64,000 bases of DNA. Source: Xanthobacteraceae bacterium. GTDB taxonomy: Bacteria > Pseudomonadota > Alphaproteobacteria > Rhizobiales > Xanthobacteraceae. The notes below the pieces were generated by a model. The model saw only the letters and a list, made by a program, of their open reading frames with translations. It was not told where the DNA came from and did not search any database. Numbering within the stretch: position 1 is the first letter of the stretch; each line of letters opens with the position of its first letter. The DNA lies in the NCBI GenBank assembly GCA_019746135.1, contig JAIESI010000011.1, positions 604-64,603 on the forward strand, given 5' to 3'. A program made the position numbers and the translations under genes. This document shows, in pieces, positions 39,213 to 48,886 of the stretch.

Positions 39213-40145
39213 TCAGGCGGCCTCCGCGCGCGCATAGCGGCCCGGCGGCTGGCCGACGTGACGGCTGAAGGCGATGCTGAAGGTGCTCGCCGAGCTGTAA
39301 CCGACGCGTTCGGCGACCGCGGCAAGCCCGAGCTCTTTGCGGCGCAGCAGGTCCTTGGCGACGGCCATGCGCCAGGCGAGCAGGTATTCCATCGGCGGAC
39401 GGCCCACCGCGCGCATGAAGCGGTCGAAGAATGCCGAACGCGACATCGCGGCCTCCTTCGCGAGCTTGGCCACGGTCCACGACCGCGCGGGATTGTCGTG
39501 CATCTGCCGGATCGCCGCCGCGACGCGTGCGTCGCTGAGGCCGCGCAGCAATCCCGGCGGCGCCGCTTCACCCTGCGTCGACCGCAGCGCTTCGATCAGC
39601 ATGACCTCCACGAGACGGGCGAGAATGAGATCGCGGCCCGGCCTTGGTGCGCCCGACTCGTCGCCGACCAGCCGCACCAGCGTGGCAAGGCGCTCGACGC
39701 CGCGCACATGCAGCAGCGTCGGCAGCAGCGACACCAGCAGCCGCGCATCGGGAGAGTCGAACACGAAGTGTCCGCCGAGCAGCCGGACATCGGCTGGACC
39801 GCTGCGCCGGCCGTGGCGAATGTCGCCGGAGCGCGAAGCCGCCGCCTTCGGATCCAAGCGGCGCGAAGCCGCCGCCTTCGGATCCATGCGCTGCGGGGTC
39901 ACCGGCTCGAAGCCCGAGATGGTGAACCCAGGCGTCGCGGGCAGAAGCACGAAGTCGCCGGCCGCAAGCGTGATCGGATTCGCGCCGTCGACGGCGAGAC
40001 GACAGCTGCCCTCAATCACGGTGCAGAAGCTTGGCTGGCCGAAGTCGGTGTAGCGAACGCCCCAGCGGCCGGCGCCGCTGATGCCCTTGGTGAACACGGT
40101 TCGCGGCCGGAGCAGGGTGATGACTTGCGAAAGGGGATCGCTCAT
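39213..40145 (-). CDS. AraC-family regulator with cupin domain
   Basis: DPLSQVITLLR, WTVAKLA..AMSRSAF, VGYSSASTFS.AF. Confidence 0.93.
   Translation of the reverse strand: MSDPLSQVITLLRPRTVFTKGISGAGRWGVRYTDFGQPSFCTVIEGSCRLAVDGANPITLAAGDFVLLPATPGFTISGFEPVTPQRMDPKAAASRRLDPKAAASRSGDIRHGRRSGPADVRLLGGHFVFDSPDARLLVSLLPTLLHVRGVERLATLVRLVGDESGAPRPGRDLILARLVEVMLIEALRSTQGEAAPPGLLRGLSDARVAAAIRQMHDNPARSWTVAKLAKEAAMSRSAFFDRFMRAVGRPPMEYLLAWRMAVAKDLLRRKELGLAAVAERVGYSSASTFSIAFSRHVGQPPGRYARAEAA
39831..39890. repeat. 2 x 30-bp in-frame tandem duplication
   Basis: gcgcgaagccgccgccttcggatcca(a/t)gcg twice, one mismatch. Confidence 0.95.
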
Positions 40146-40242
40146 GTCCGGACTGTAGCAAAAGAAATCCGGACGATGAATTGTAGAGCGTCCGGGTTGT
40201 CGCGGTTATCCCTGGCCATCCGAACCGCAAGGAGACACCGCC

Positions 40243-40989
40243 ATGAAGACCGTGCTGATCACTGGATGTTCGTCGGGCTACGGCCTCGAGACCGCACGCC
40301 ATTTCCACGCGCGAGGCTGGAACGTGGTCGCGACCATGCGAACGCCCCGCGCAGGCATCCTGCCTCGGTCGGAGCGCCTGCGCGTGCTGCCGCTCGACGT
40401 CACCAGCCCCGAAAGCATCGCCGCGGCGCTCGACGCGAGCGGACCGATCGACGTGCTCGTCAACAATGCGGGCATCGGCCTGTTCGGCGCCTTCGAAGCA
40501 GCGCCGATGGCAAAGGCACGGAAGGTGTTCGAGACCAACACGTTCGGCGTGATGGCCGTGACGCAGGCCGTGCTGCCCCACTTCCGCGCGCAACGGTCGG
40601 GCGTGGTGGTGAACGTGACCTCCAGCGTGGCGCTGGCGCCGATGCCGCTGGTCGCGGTCTATACCGCGAGCAAGATGGCGATCGAAGGTTTCACCGGGTC
40701 GCTCGCCCACGAGCTCCAGGCGTTCAACGTGCGCGTCAAGCTGGTCGAGCCGGGCTACGCGCCCACCACGCGCTTCAGCCAGAACACCGAGCTGCGCATC
40801 GACGAGATGATCCCCGAGGCCTACGCGCCGTTCGCGCAGCCGATCCTGGCCGCGTTTGCAAAGCCGGCGCTGGTCACGACGGAAGCCGACGTGGCCGAGG
40901 CGGTCTGGCGTGCCGCGAACGACATCTCCGGGCAGCTCCGCTTCCCGGCAGGGCCCGACGCGGTGGCGCTGGCTCGTCAAGCGGCGTGA
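40243..40989 (+). CDS. Short-chain dehydrogenase/reductase
   Basis: TGCSSGYG, NNAG, YTASK. Confidence 0.93.
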   Translation: MKTVLITGCSSGYGLETARHFHARGWNVVATMRTPRAGILPRSERLRVLPLDVTSPESIAAALDASGPIDVLVNNAGIGLFGAFEAAPMAKARKVFETNTFGVMAVTQAVLPHFRAQRSGVVVNVTSSVALAPMPLVAVYTASKMAIEGFTGSLAHELQAFNVRVKLVEPGYAPTTRFSQNTELRIDEMIPEAYAPFAQPILAAFAKPALVTTEADVAEAVWRAANDISGQLRFPAGPDAVALARQAA

Positions 40990-41137
40990 GCGCGGGAAGC
41001 GTCACGAAGGCATCTGGCGCTCTTATGACCTTCACATCACAAGCGATACGGAAAGGCGCCGCCGGGCGGGCGGCGCAGACCCTCTTGTCATGCAGGTACG
41101 GGATGCCTGACCCTGCGGGCGCCTGTGTTCGCATTTC

Positions 41138-42664
41138 CTAGCGGCTGCGCGAGCCGGTCAGACCCGTATCCTCGACCTTCACCACGTCGTCCGGCTTCCA
41201 GGTCTGATCGAAAAACTCGACGCCGGTGCCGTAGAGGCGAATCGTCGCCAGGAAATTTCGCCCATTCACGGTCTGTATCCAGTTCGAGTCCGGTGCGTTC
41301 GCCGGCTTTGACGGGCCGAACCACAGATCGACGGAGCCGTCGCTGTTGCTGGCGACCTTGTTGAAGCTGTTGATCGACGGCATCAGTTGCGGCGCTTCCA
41401 CCATCGTGCCGTCGGTGATGTTGTAGAGGGTGACGGCCCAGAACAGCGCGGCCGGCGGATGCGGCGGCAGGCGCAGCTTGTAGCTGTTCGAGCCGTTCAG
41501 GAACTCGCCTTTGGCATCCCGGGTGGCCACGGGATACTTCGATCCGGCGCCCAGCGTCCGCATCACCATGGCGGGCGCCGACGAATAGGCGACCTGGAAG
41601 TAGGTGGCGCGCTGGGTCACATCGAGATAGCTGTCCTGGAACCAGTCCGCGGTGTTGCCGGCCCAGACGTTTTCCCACTGCCTGTCCTTGTAATAGAGCT
41701 GGCGTCCGTCCGGCCGGCCGAGCTGGCGCGAGGCCATGATCATCTTCGGCGCTGTCTCGACCGCCTTTTTCAAGAGCTCCTGCTGCTTCGCATTCGGATT
41801 GAACGGCTGGCCCTGGATGATGCCGATCGAGGCGAGCACGCCGCGCAGCTCGGGATCGATGGCGGAGACCGGTTCGTAATCGACGAATGTCTTGAGCTTG
41901 GTCCAGAACGTGTTGTCGACCGGGTACATCATGTTGACGCGCTTGCCGCTGCCGTTCGGAAACTGCATCGGCTTCACGTCCTTCTCCGCGGCCCACAGCG
42001 GATAGATGCGGGTCTGCTCGGCCAGCGCGACGGCCGGCTTCGGGTCCGGCCCGTTTTCGCCCTTCGGCATGATGGTGCGGAAGAACAGGAAGACGTTGTT
42101 GGTCTTCGACTTGAACGCGAAGTATCCTTTCGGAACCTCGCCGTCATGGTCCGGCGGCAGCAGGAGATAGAGCCCGCCGCGCGCGCCGTCCGGCCCGACC
42201 GCGCCGACGTCGGTGATGGTGCGCTGGAAGAAATCGGTGAACATGCCGATCACGTCGCGCGGCGCGGCGATGACGAGCGGGCCGGTCTCCTTCAGGTCGA
42301 GATAATTCATCGAATAGATGACGTCGGCGTTGGGCGTCGGCACCCAGGTGCGCGCGTCCATCCGGTCCTTCCAGATCGGCAGGACGTTGTAGCCCTTGCC
42401 GAACGTCGCCTCCGAGCCGTCGCGCATGCCGATGACGTTCAGGGCAGGCAGCATGGTGATGTAGGCGTGGACGGCGCGCTGATAGAACAGCTCGTCGCGC
42501 AGCGACTCTGCCTCGCTTTGCGAAAGCCAGTTGCCGTTGTTGAGCTGCTTGACGAGGGGCGGCGCGGCCTGATCCTGGGCGAAAACCGGCGAGCTCATCA
42601 TGCCGGCCATGGCAATGGCTCCTGCGACGAGATGCAACCGTCGGCGCGTTGTACGCAAGGTCAT
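41138..42664 (-). CDS. Exported DUF1254/DUF1214 protein
   Basis: TPNADVIYS, GGLYLLLPP, FWAVTLY, DGSVDLWFGP, NWIQT, RLYG; RR-containing signal peptide. Confidence 0.88.
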   Translation of the reverse strand: MTLRTTRRRLHLVAGAIAMAGMMSSPVFAQDQAAPPLVKQLNNGNWLSQSEAESLRDELFYQRAVHAYITMLPALNVIGMRDGSEATFGKGYNVLPIWKDRMDARTWVPTPNADVIYSMNYLDLKETGPLVIAAPRDVIGMFTDFFQRTITDVGAVGPDGARGGLYLLLPPDHDGEVPKGYFAFKSKTNNVFLFFRTIMPKGENGPDPKPAVALAEQTRIYPLWAAEKDVKPMQFPNGSGKRVNMMYPVDNTFWTKLKTFVDYEPVSAIDPELRGVLASIGIIQGQPFNPNAKQQELLKKAVETAPKMIMASRQLGRPDGRQLYYKDRQWENVWAGNTADWFQDSYLDVTQRATYFQVAYSSAPAMVMRTLGAGSKYPVATRDAKGEFLNGSNSYKLRLPPHPPAALFWAVTLYNITDGTMVEAPQLMPSINSFNKVASNSDGSVDLWFGPSKPANAPDSNWIQTVNGRNFLATIRLYGTGVEFFDQTWKPDDVVKVEDTGLTGSRSR

Positions 42665-43056
42665 GTCGATCTCCCGGGGTGGATGCTCCTTCAGGCTAGG
42701 AAGGCGGATCGGCGCTCGGCAATTGGACCGTGGTCCAACGGCTCGGGTGGCAACGGCCAGGCATTCGGCGGAAGCTCCGTCCAGATCGAGAAGCGGACGG
42801 TTCGGGCAACTCGTGTGCGCGGGCCGCCTGTTCATGCCGGGCGCCTGCGTCCCGCGCGATGGCGCAACGCACCGCATCGAAGACCTGGTCGCACCGCAGC
42901 GGTTTGCGCAGGACGTCGGTCTCTGGCTGGCTCGGCCGTTGCTCCGATGCACTGCGGAGAGAAACTAAACCTAAGAATAGTGTACGGGCCACCGGACGCG
43001 CGCGTACGTTCATGATGCCTGTATCCATCTCTTTTCATCAGGATGGGAGTGCATCG

Positions 43057-43284
43057 ATGTACAAGTGGGCGACGATCGCATTTGCACTGGCCATGACGTC
43101 TTCCGCGCAGGCAATGCCTGTGGTTCCGCTGGCGCAGCCGGAAAGCTCGGTGATCGAAATTCGCGCGGCCTGCGGGGCGGGCCGGACCAGCATCAATGGC
43201 GTGTGCGTGGCACGGACCACCAAGCGCCAGGTCCGCAGGTGTGCGGTGTGGGGCGCAGGAGGCGTTTGCGCCCGCTGGTATTGA
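43057..43284 (+). CDS. Small secreted 4-Cys protein (75 aa)
   Basis: GGGAG RBS; signal peptide ending AQA; ACGAG..GVC...RRC..GVC.RWY. Confidence 0.75.
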   Translation: MYKWATIAFALAMTSSAQAMPVVPLAQPESSVIEIRAACGAGRTSINGVCVARTTKRQVRRCAVWGAGGVCARWY

Positions 43285-43343
43285 GGCGTCGCCGCGCGAC
43301 AGGCGGAGGAGCATGCCCGGCCGGGAGCGCAGGAGGCCTGACG

Positions 43344-43553
43344 ATGTACATGCTGATCATCGTGATTTCGGTGCTCTCGCCGGCCACCAGCCCGGTTGTT
43401 CCGGTCGGCGTGACCTCGCAGATTGTCGGCAGGTTCGACAGCCTGGAGCAATGCAAGGCGGCAGCCAACGAGCCCGGCGCGACGGGCGCGATCGTGGATC
43501 TGACCCTGTCGAGGGGGATCTATTGGCACTGCGTGTACGCCGGTCCGAAGTGA
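43344..43553 (+). CDS. Small exported 2-Cys protein (69 aa)
   Basis: AGGAGG RBS; hydrophobic N-terminus; FDSLEQCKAAA...WHC. Confidence 0.7.
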   Translation: MYMLIIVISVLSPATSPVVPVGVTSQIVGRFDSLEQCKAAANEPGATGAIVDLTLSRGIYWHCVYAGPK

Positions 43554-43669
43554 AGGCGGCGTAGGCGCTGCGTCGTGTCTTCGGCAGGCTTCACGGCGTG
43601 CCTGAGAGGCCCTTTCCGCCGTGCGCGCCGATTGGCTACGATGGCCGCGCTGGGGAGCCGTGCCGGCCG

Positions 43670-44332
43670 ATGGCGCTCGAACGACGCAAATCGTCTCGTC
43701 GTTTGCTCGATCCTGTCGATCGGGTCACCGAGGTCCTGTTCGGCCTGATCATGGTGCTGACCAGCACCAACACGCTCAGCGTCGCCACCGCAGGCGGTGC
43801 CGAGATCGGGACGATGATCATCGGCGCGCTCGGCTGCAATCTGGCCTGGGGCATCATCGACGCCGCCCTGTATGTGATGGGCTGCCTCAACGAGCGCGGG
43901 CGCGAGCTCCTGATGCTGCGCGCGCTGCGGCAGCCGGTCAGCCCCGAGGAGGCCGGGCGGCTGATCGCGGAAAACCTGCCGGAGTCGCTTGCCTCCGTCC
44001 TGTCGCCCAACGATGCCGAGGCCATGCGGCAGAAGCTCGTGCGGCTTCCCGAGCCTCCGCCGCGTCCCGGGCTCACCAGGGATGATGCGCGGAGCGCGGC
44101 CGGCATCTGCCTGCTGGTGTTCGTGTCCACGTTCCCGGTGGTCATCCCGTTCCTGTTCATCGGCGAAGTTCGGCCGGCCCTGCGGCTTTCCAATGCCGTC
44201 GCCATCGCCATGATGTTCGCGTGCGGTTACGTGTTCGCGCGATACACGGGACTGCGGGGCTGGCCGACCGGCCTTCTGATGGTTGCGATCGGATGCGCGA
44301 TGGTCGGCGTCGCCATCGTGCTGGGCGGTTGA
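43670..44332 (+). CDS. Conserved membrane protein, VIT/CCC1-like topology
   Basis: EVLFGLIMVL, GCNLAWGIID, FPVVIPF; about 5 TM. Confidence 0.75.
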   Translation: MALERRKSSRRLLDPVDRVTEVLFGLIMVLTSTNTLSVATAGGAEIGTMIIGALGCNLAWGIIDAALYVMGCLNERGRELLMLRALRQPVSPEEAGRLIAENLPESLASVLSPNDAEAMRQKLVRLPEPPPRPGLTRDDARSAAGICLLVFVSTFPVVIPFLFIGEVRPALRLSNAVAIAMMFACGYVFARYTGLRGWPTGLLMVAIGCAMVGVAIVLGG

Positions 44333-44340
44333 GGGCGGCG

Positions 44341-45336
44341 ATGTCGCGGTCTGTCAGGCAGGATTGCCGCCATCGGGCCACCGGGAACGGCGATCACCGG
44401 CGTCAAGCGCTCGCCGCCGCGGCGCTCGCCTGCGTCGGCTTTGCCGGGCTCGCGGTGGCGGAAGCGCGGGCGCAGGCTGTTGCCCAGACGCCTTCGTATG
44501 CGGCGCCCGGCGCGATCAATCTCGGCGGGCGCGGCTGGTCCGGGTCCGAGAGCCGGCAGGCGGTGCCGGAGAGCGCGAAGAGCCAGCTCGAGTTCGCGAT
44601 CCGCGGCGGGCTTACGTCCGACTATGTCTACCGCGGCGTCACGCTGTCCGACCGCAAGCCGGCCGCCGGCGCGGCGATCGAGGCCACCTACAATGTGCTC
44701 TATGCCGGCGTCACCGTGGCCAGCGTCAGATTGCCGACGCAGCCGGCCGCCGAAATTTCGATCAGCGGCGGCATTCGCCCGACGCTGGGGCCGGTCGAGC
44801 TCGATCTCGGCGTGACGTACTATCGCTATCCCGGCGAAGCGCCGTCGGCGGAGTCGAACGGCATCAATTACTGGGAAGCCGCTTTGCGTGCCGGGACCAA
44901 GCTCGGCGAGGCGGTGCGGATCGCCGGCGGGTTTGCGTATTCGCCGAACGTCTCCAACACCGGCGCCTGGAGCAGCTATGCCGCGGCAGGGCTCGGCTAC
45001 GACGTGCCGGCGCGTTTCCTGCCAAAGGATATCGGCGTGTCGTTCACGGCGGCGGCCGGCTATTCCTGGTTCGGTCGCCAGCACGAGGATCTGGGCGGCT
45101 TTCCCCTGCCGGCCTATCTCAACTGGCAGGCGGGCGTGACCGTCACCTACAAGATGCTCAACCTCGACCTGCGCTACCACGACACCAATCTCAGCAAGGA
45201 GAATTGCTTCGTCTTCACCGGCGATCCCAACGCGCAGCCGGGCGGCCGTCCCGATCCGCTCACCAATCCGGACGGCCTGACGTCGCGCTGGTGCGGCGCG
45301 GCCTTCGTCGCCAAGCTCTGGTTCGCGCTGAATTGA
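44341..45336 (+). CDS. TorF/Gcw_chp-family putative outer-membrane porin
   Basis: SDYVYRGVT.S, GGIRPT, DLRYHDT.LS, C-terminal aromatic beta strand. Confidence 0.85.
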   Translation: MSRSVRQDCRHRATGNGDHRRQALAAAALACVGFAGLAVAEARAQAVAQTPSYAAPGAINLGGRGWSGSESRQAVPESAKSQLEFAIRGGLTSDYVYRGVTLSDRKPAAGAAIEATYNVLYAGVTVASVRLPTQPAAEISISGGIRPTLGPVELDLGVTYYRYPGEAPSAESNGINYWEAALRAGTKLGEAVRIAGGFAYSPNVSNTGAWSSYAAAGLGYDVPARFLPKDIGVSFTAAAGYSWFGRQHEDLGGFPLPAYLNWQAGVTVTYKMLNLDLRYHDTNLSKENCFVFTGDPNAQPGGRPDPLTNPDGLTSRWCGAAFVAKLWFALN

Positions 45337-45376
45337 ATTCGGTGTGCGTTCTGCCGCGCGCGGAGTCCTGGCTCGC

Positions 45377-46522
45377 TCAGTAATACTTGTCGTCGGGCCC
45401 GTCGATGTACGGAAACGCGCTCAGCACGTGCGGCGGGCGCACCGGCGGGGCAGGGCGCACATAGGACGGATCGAGCTCAGCGAGCCGGTTGACGCCGGAG
45501 AGCCCCATGCAGCGGGTGATCTCGTCGTGCAGGAGCTCCAGCACGCGCGTGATGCCGTCGCGGCCGGCCGCCGCCATGCCGAAGCCGTAGAGCCTGCCGA
45601 CGCACACCATGTCGGCGCCGAGCGCAATCGCCTTGATCACGTCGGTGCCGCGGCAGAAGCCGCCGTCGACGATGATCTCGGCGCGGCCGTGCACCGCCGG
45701 CACGATTTCCGGCAGCATGTCGATGGTGCCGAGCCCCTGGTCGAGCTGCCGCCCGCCGTGGTTCGACACATAGATCACGTCGACGCCGTGCTCGACCGCG
45801 AGCTTGGCGTCCTCGGCGGTGGCGATGCCCTTGACGATCAGCGGCACCTTGTAGCGCGCGCGGAGCTTGTCGAACTGCGCCCAGTCGAGCGAGCGCTGGT
45901 ACGCCGCGTGCCCGTCGGTGCGCGCCGAGGCGGCGGCGTAGCGCTTGGAGATGTCGCGCTCGCGGCGGCTGTAGTGGTGCGTGTCGACGGTGAGGCAGAG
46001 CGCGCCGAAGCCCGCCGCGACCGCGCGGTCGAAGATCGCCTCGACCCAGGCGTGGTCGCCGCGCACGTAGAGCTGGAAGATCTTCAGGCCCTCCGGCACC
46101 TCCTTGGCGGTCTCCTCCAACTCGGGCTTCGACACCGAGCTCTGGAACATTGGCACGCCAAAAGTGCCCGCGGCGTTGGCGACGGCCGCGGTCGCCGCCG
46201 GATCGAACCGCTCGATGCTGCCGATCGGCGCGAGCGCCACCGGCATCGTGAACTTGCGCTTGAGGAAGGTGGCGCTGGTGTCGGTGTCGCTGACGTTGCG
46301 AAGAATTCGCGGCCGGAACGCCAGCGAGTCGATCGCCAGCCGGTTCCTCCGCACCGTGGTCTCGGTCTCCGCGCCGCCGATCAGGTAGTCCCAGTAGTTG
46401 CGGTCGAGTCTCGCGCGGGCGGCGAGCACGATCTCGTGCAGGTTCTGGAATTTCTCGCGAAGCTGATCCAGGTTCGTCGGCGTCTTGGTCGTGGGAGTTT
46501 TGGCGTTCGATGCGTCGTTCAT
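45377..46522 (-). CDS. FMN-dependent alpha-hydroxy-acid oxidase
   Basis: FQLY, LTVD, IVKGI, VSNHGGRQLD, DGG..RGTD. Confidence 0.93.
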   Translation of the reverse strand: MNDASNAKTPTTKTPTNLDQLREKFQNLHEIVLAARARLDRNYWDYLIGGAETETTVRRNRLAIDSLAFRPRILRNVSDTDTSATFLKRKFTMPVALAPIGSIERFDPAATAAVANAAGTFGVPMFQSSVSKPELEETAKEVPEGLKIFQLYVRGDHAWVEAIFDRAVAAGFGALCLTVDTHHYSRRERDISKRYAAASARTDGHAAYQRSLDWAQFDKLRARYKVPLIVKGIATAEDAKLAVEHGVDVIYVSNHGGRQLDQGLGTIDMLPEIVPAVHGRAEIIVDGGFCRGTDVIKAIALGADMVCVGRLYGFGMAAAGRDGITRVLELLHDEITRCMGLSGVNRLAELDPSYVRPAPPVRPPHVLSAFPYIDGPDDKYY

Positions 46523-46553
46523 TCGTGTTCGACCCGTTACCCTTTGGCCCGGC

Positions 46554-47534
46554 TTATAGCCGGATTTGCGCCGGCGCGCCGGTCTCGAGCGATGCGAGAA
46601 TGGCCTCGAAAGCGCCGATCAGGTTCAGCGTCTGGTCCGGCGAGACCAGGAAGGCCCCGCGGCCTTCTACGGCATCGGCAAAGGATTCCACCAGCACTTT
46701 CAGCGAATCGACGTGCTCGTAGGTCTGGGTCTGCGGCGGCGGCCCGCCGATCATGCCGACCGTCAGCATGTCCTCGTCGCGCGCCTCGGCCATGCCCTTG
46801 GTGCCGAACACGTGCACGCGCCAGTAGTTCGGCGCGGCGCGCACCGTCGCCATGGTGCCGGTCGCGCCGGAAGCGAACTGCGCCAGCACCGCGAGCACGT
46901 CCCGCGGGTCGGGCGGCGGCTTCTGCTCGTAGAGCTTCGCATCGACGCTGCGGATCGGGCCGCCGAGATTGATCAGCGCATCGAGCACGTGCAGGCCTGC
47001 GCCGGTGAGCCCGCCGCCGGGCGACTCGCGGGGGTCGTCGCGCCACCCGCCGCCGACCACGCGGGTTGAGTGCTCGTTGGAGAAATGCGCCTCGATGTGG
47101 ATGATCTCGCCGAGTGCGCCGCCCTCGACGAGCTTCTTCAATTCGCGCATCGAGGCAAAGCAGCGCTTGTTGTTGCCGCTGCCGAGCACGACGCCGGCCG
47201 CGCGGCAGGCGTCCACCGCGCGCTGCGCTTCGGCGCGGGTGAGCGCCAGCGGCTTCTCGCACCACACCGGCTTGCCCGCCCTGGCGACCGCGCGCACCTG
47301 CTCGACATGCAGCGAATGCGGCGTCGCCAGGAAAATCGCCTGCACCGTCGGATTGGCGATCGCCTCGTCGAGCTCGGTCGAAAGCTTGAAGCCGTGCTGC
47401 GCGGCGAAGCCGCGCACGTCGTCCGGCTCCTTGCTGACCCCGTGCACGAAGCGAATTTTTGCGCTCTTGCCCTGCACCGCGGTGACGAGCGACTTGCCCC
47501 AGCGTCCGAGGCCGATCACGGCAGCATTGATCAT
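46554..47534 (-). CDS. Gfo/Idh/MocA oxidoreductase
   Basis: GLGRWG, ATPHSLH, CEKP. Confidence 0.92.
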   Translation of the reverse strand: MINAAVIGLGRWGKSLVTAVQGKSAKIRFVHGVSKEPDDVRGFAAQHGFKLSTELDEAIANPTVQAIFLATPHSLHVEQVRAVARAGKPVWCEKPLALTRAEAQRAVDACRAAGVVLGSGNNKRCFASMRELKKLVEGGALGEIIHIEAHFSNEHSTRVVGGGWRDDPRESPGGGLTGAGLHVLDALINLGGPIRSVDAKLYEQKPPPDPRDVLAVLAQFASGATGTMATVRAAPNYWRVHVFGTKGMAEARDEDMLTVGMIGGPPPQTQTYEHVDSLKVLVESFADAVEGRGAFLVSPDQTLNLIGAFEAILASLETGAPAQIRL

Positions 47535-47619
47535 GGCAGATGGGGTCCCCCGGACTTTTGACGTTGCCAATGTCTTGCATTCACGGTGACATGGCAACTG
47601 GCTACAGTGCTGCGTCATC

Positions 47620-47765
47620 CACCGCCGTCATTCCGGGACGGCGCGAAGCGCCGGGCCCGGAATCCATACTCCGCAGCAGTGGTTATGGGTTCCGGGCTGG
47701 CGCCCATAGCGCGTCGAAGACGCGCGTGAACGCGCTGGTGGGCGCGCCCCGGAATGACGGCGGTG
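47620..47765. repeat. GTCATTCCGGG-type REP doublet carrying the 36-bp element (47705-47740, reverse orientation)
   Basis: 18-bp terminal inverted repeat caccgccgtcattccggg / cccggaatgacggcggtg with internal hairpins. Confidence 0.9.
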
Positions 47766-47785
47766 TCAAAAACAAAGGTAGGGAA

Positions 47786-48652
47786 ATGAAACAAGCAGTG
47801 GGTGTGATCGGCCTGGGCCTGATGGGCGAGGTGCTGGCGACGCGGCTGATGGCGGCCGGCTTCGGCGTGCTCGGCTACGACGTCGATCCGGCGAAGAACG
47901 CAAAGCTTGCCACGCTCGGCGGCAAGGCGGCGGCATCACCCGCCGGCGTCGCCGGCTGCAGCGTCATCGCGCTCGCCGTGTTCAACACCGATCAGGTCGA
48001 GGAGGTGACGGAACAGATGCTGCTGCCGAACGTGAAGCCCGGCACGGTGGTGCTCTGCACCAGCACCTGCGATCCGGACCGCATCGAGGCGCTCGGCCAG
48101 CGCCTCGCCGGCTCGAGCATCCGCTTCCTCGAGACGCCGGTGTCTGGCACCAGCGAGCAGGTGCGCGCGGGCGACGGCGTCGGCCTGATCGGCGGCGATC
48201 CGAACACCGCCGGGGACGTGAAGGGCGTGCTCGATGCGCTGTTTCCGCGCCGCTACCACATCGGCAAGGCCGGCGACGGCGGCCGCGCCAAGCTCGCCGT
48301 CAATCTCATTCTCGGGCTCAACCGCATGGCGCTGGCCGAGGGGCTGACCTTCGCCGAGCGCATGGGCCTCGATCCCAAGGCGTTCCTCGCCGTGGCCCAG
48401 GGCTCGGCCTCGCAGTCGCAAGTGATGGGCACCAAGGGCCCGAAGATGCTGGCGCGGGATTTTGCGCCCGAGGGCCGGGTCAAGCAGACGCTGAAGGACG
48501 TGCACATGATGCTCGACCAGGCCGAGCAGCTCGGCCAGGAGCTGCCGATGCTGCGCGTGCACTGCGACGTGCTGGAATCATGCGTCCGCGCCGGCGACGC
48601 CGAGCGCGACAACAGCATCATCGTGGAAGAGATACGAAGAAGACGCCGGTAA
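47786..48652 (+). CDS. Beta-hydroxyacid dehydrogenase (3-hydroxyisobutyrate dehydrogenase family)
   Basis: GLGLMG, ETPVSG, AKLAVN, LKD. Confidence 0.9.
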   Translation: MKQAVGVIGLGLMGEVLATRLMAAGFGVLGYDVDPAKNAKLATLGGKAAASPAGVAGCSVIALAVFNTDQVEEVTEQMLLPNVKPGTVVLCTSTCDPDRIEALGQRLAGSSIRFLETPVSGTSEQVRAGDGVGLIGGDPNTAGDVKGVLDALFPRRYHIGKAGDGGRAKLAVNLILGLNRMALAEGLTFAERMGLDPKAFLAVAQGSASQSQVMGTKGPKMLARDFAPEGRVKQTLKDVHMMLDQAEQLGQELPMLRVHCDVLESCVRAGDAERDNSIIVEEIRRRRR

Positions 48653-48684
48653 TACCGGCCTCGTCTCCGGACGAGGTGCAGCCC

Positions 48685-48780
48685 GTAGGGTGGGTTAGGC
48701 GCGCAGCGCCGTAACCCACCATCTGACTCGTGGCACGGTCAGTCGGTGGGTTACGCGCCTTCGGCGCTAACCCACCCTAC
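48685..48780. repeat. GTAG-type REP doublet (REPIN-like)
   Basis: Same arms as 35008-35099, different spacer. Confidence 0.92.
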
Positions 48781-48886
48781 GCGGCTGCGCCGCGCCCGGG
48801 ACAAGAGGGGCTTGACCCCGCAAACACCGCCGCGTTTCATCCCCGCCGGGTTGGAAAACGTTCGCTTCATCGGAAAGGGTGTTGTC

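Noticed and set aside
37322-39571. 749-aa amidohydrolase overlapping araC
   Set aside because: The real start is 39130 (RBS and Tat motif); the extension is an alternate frame of araC
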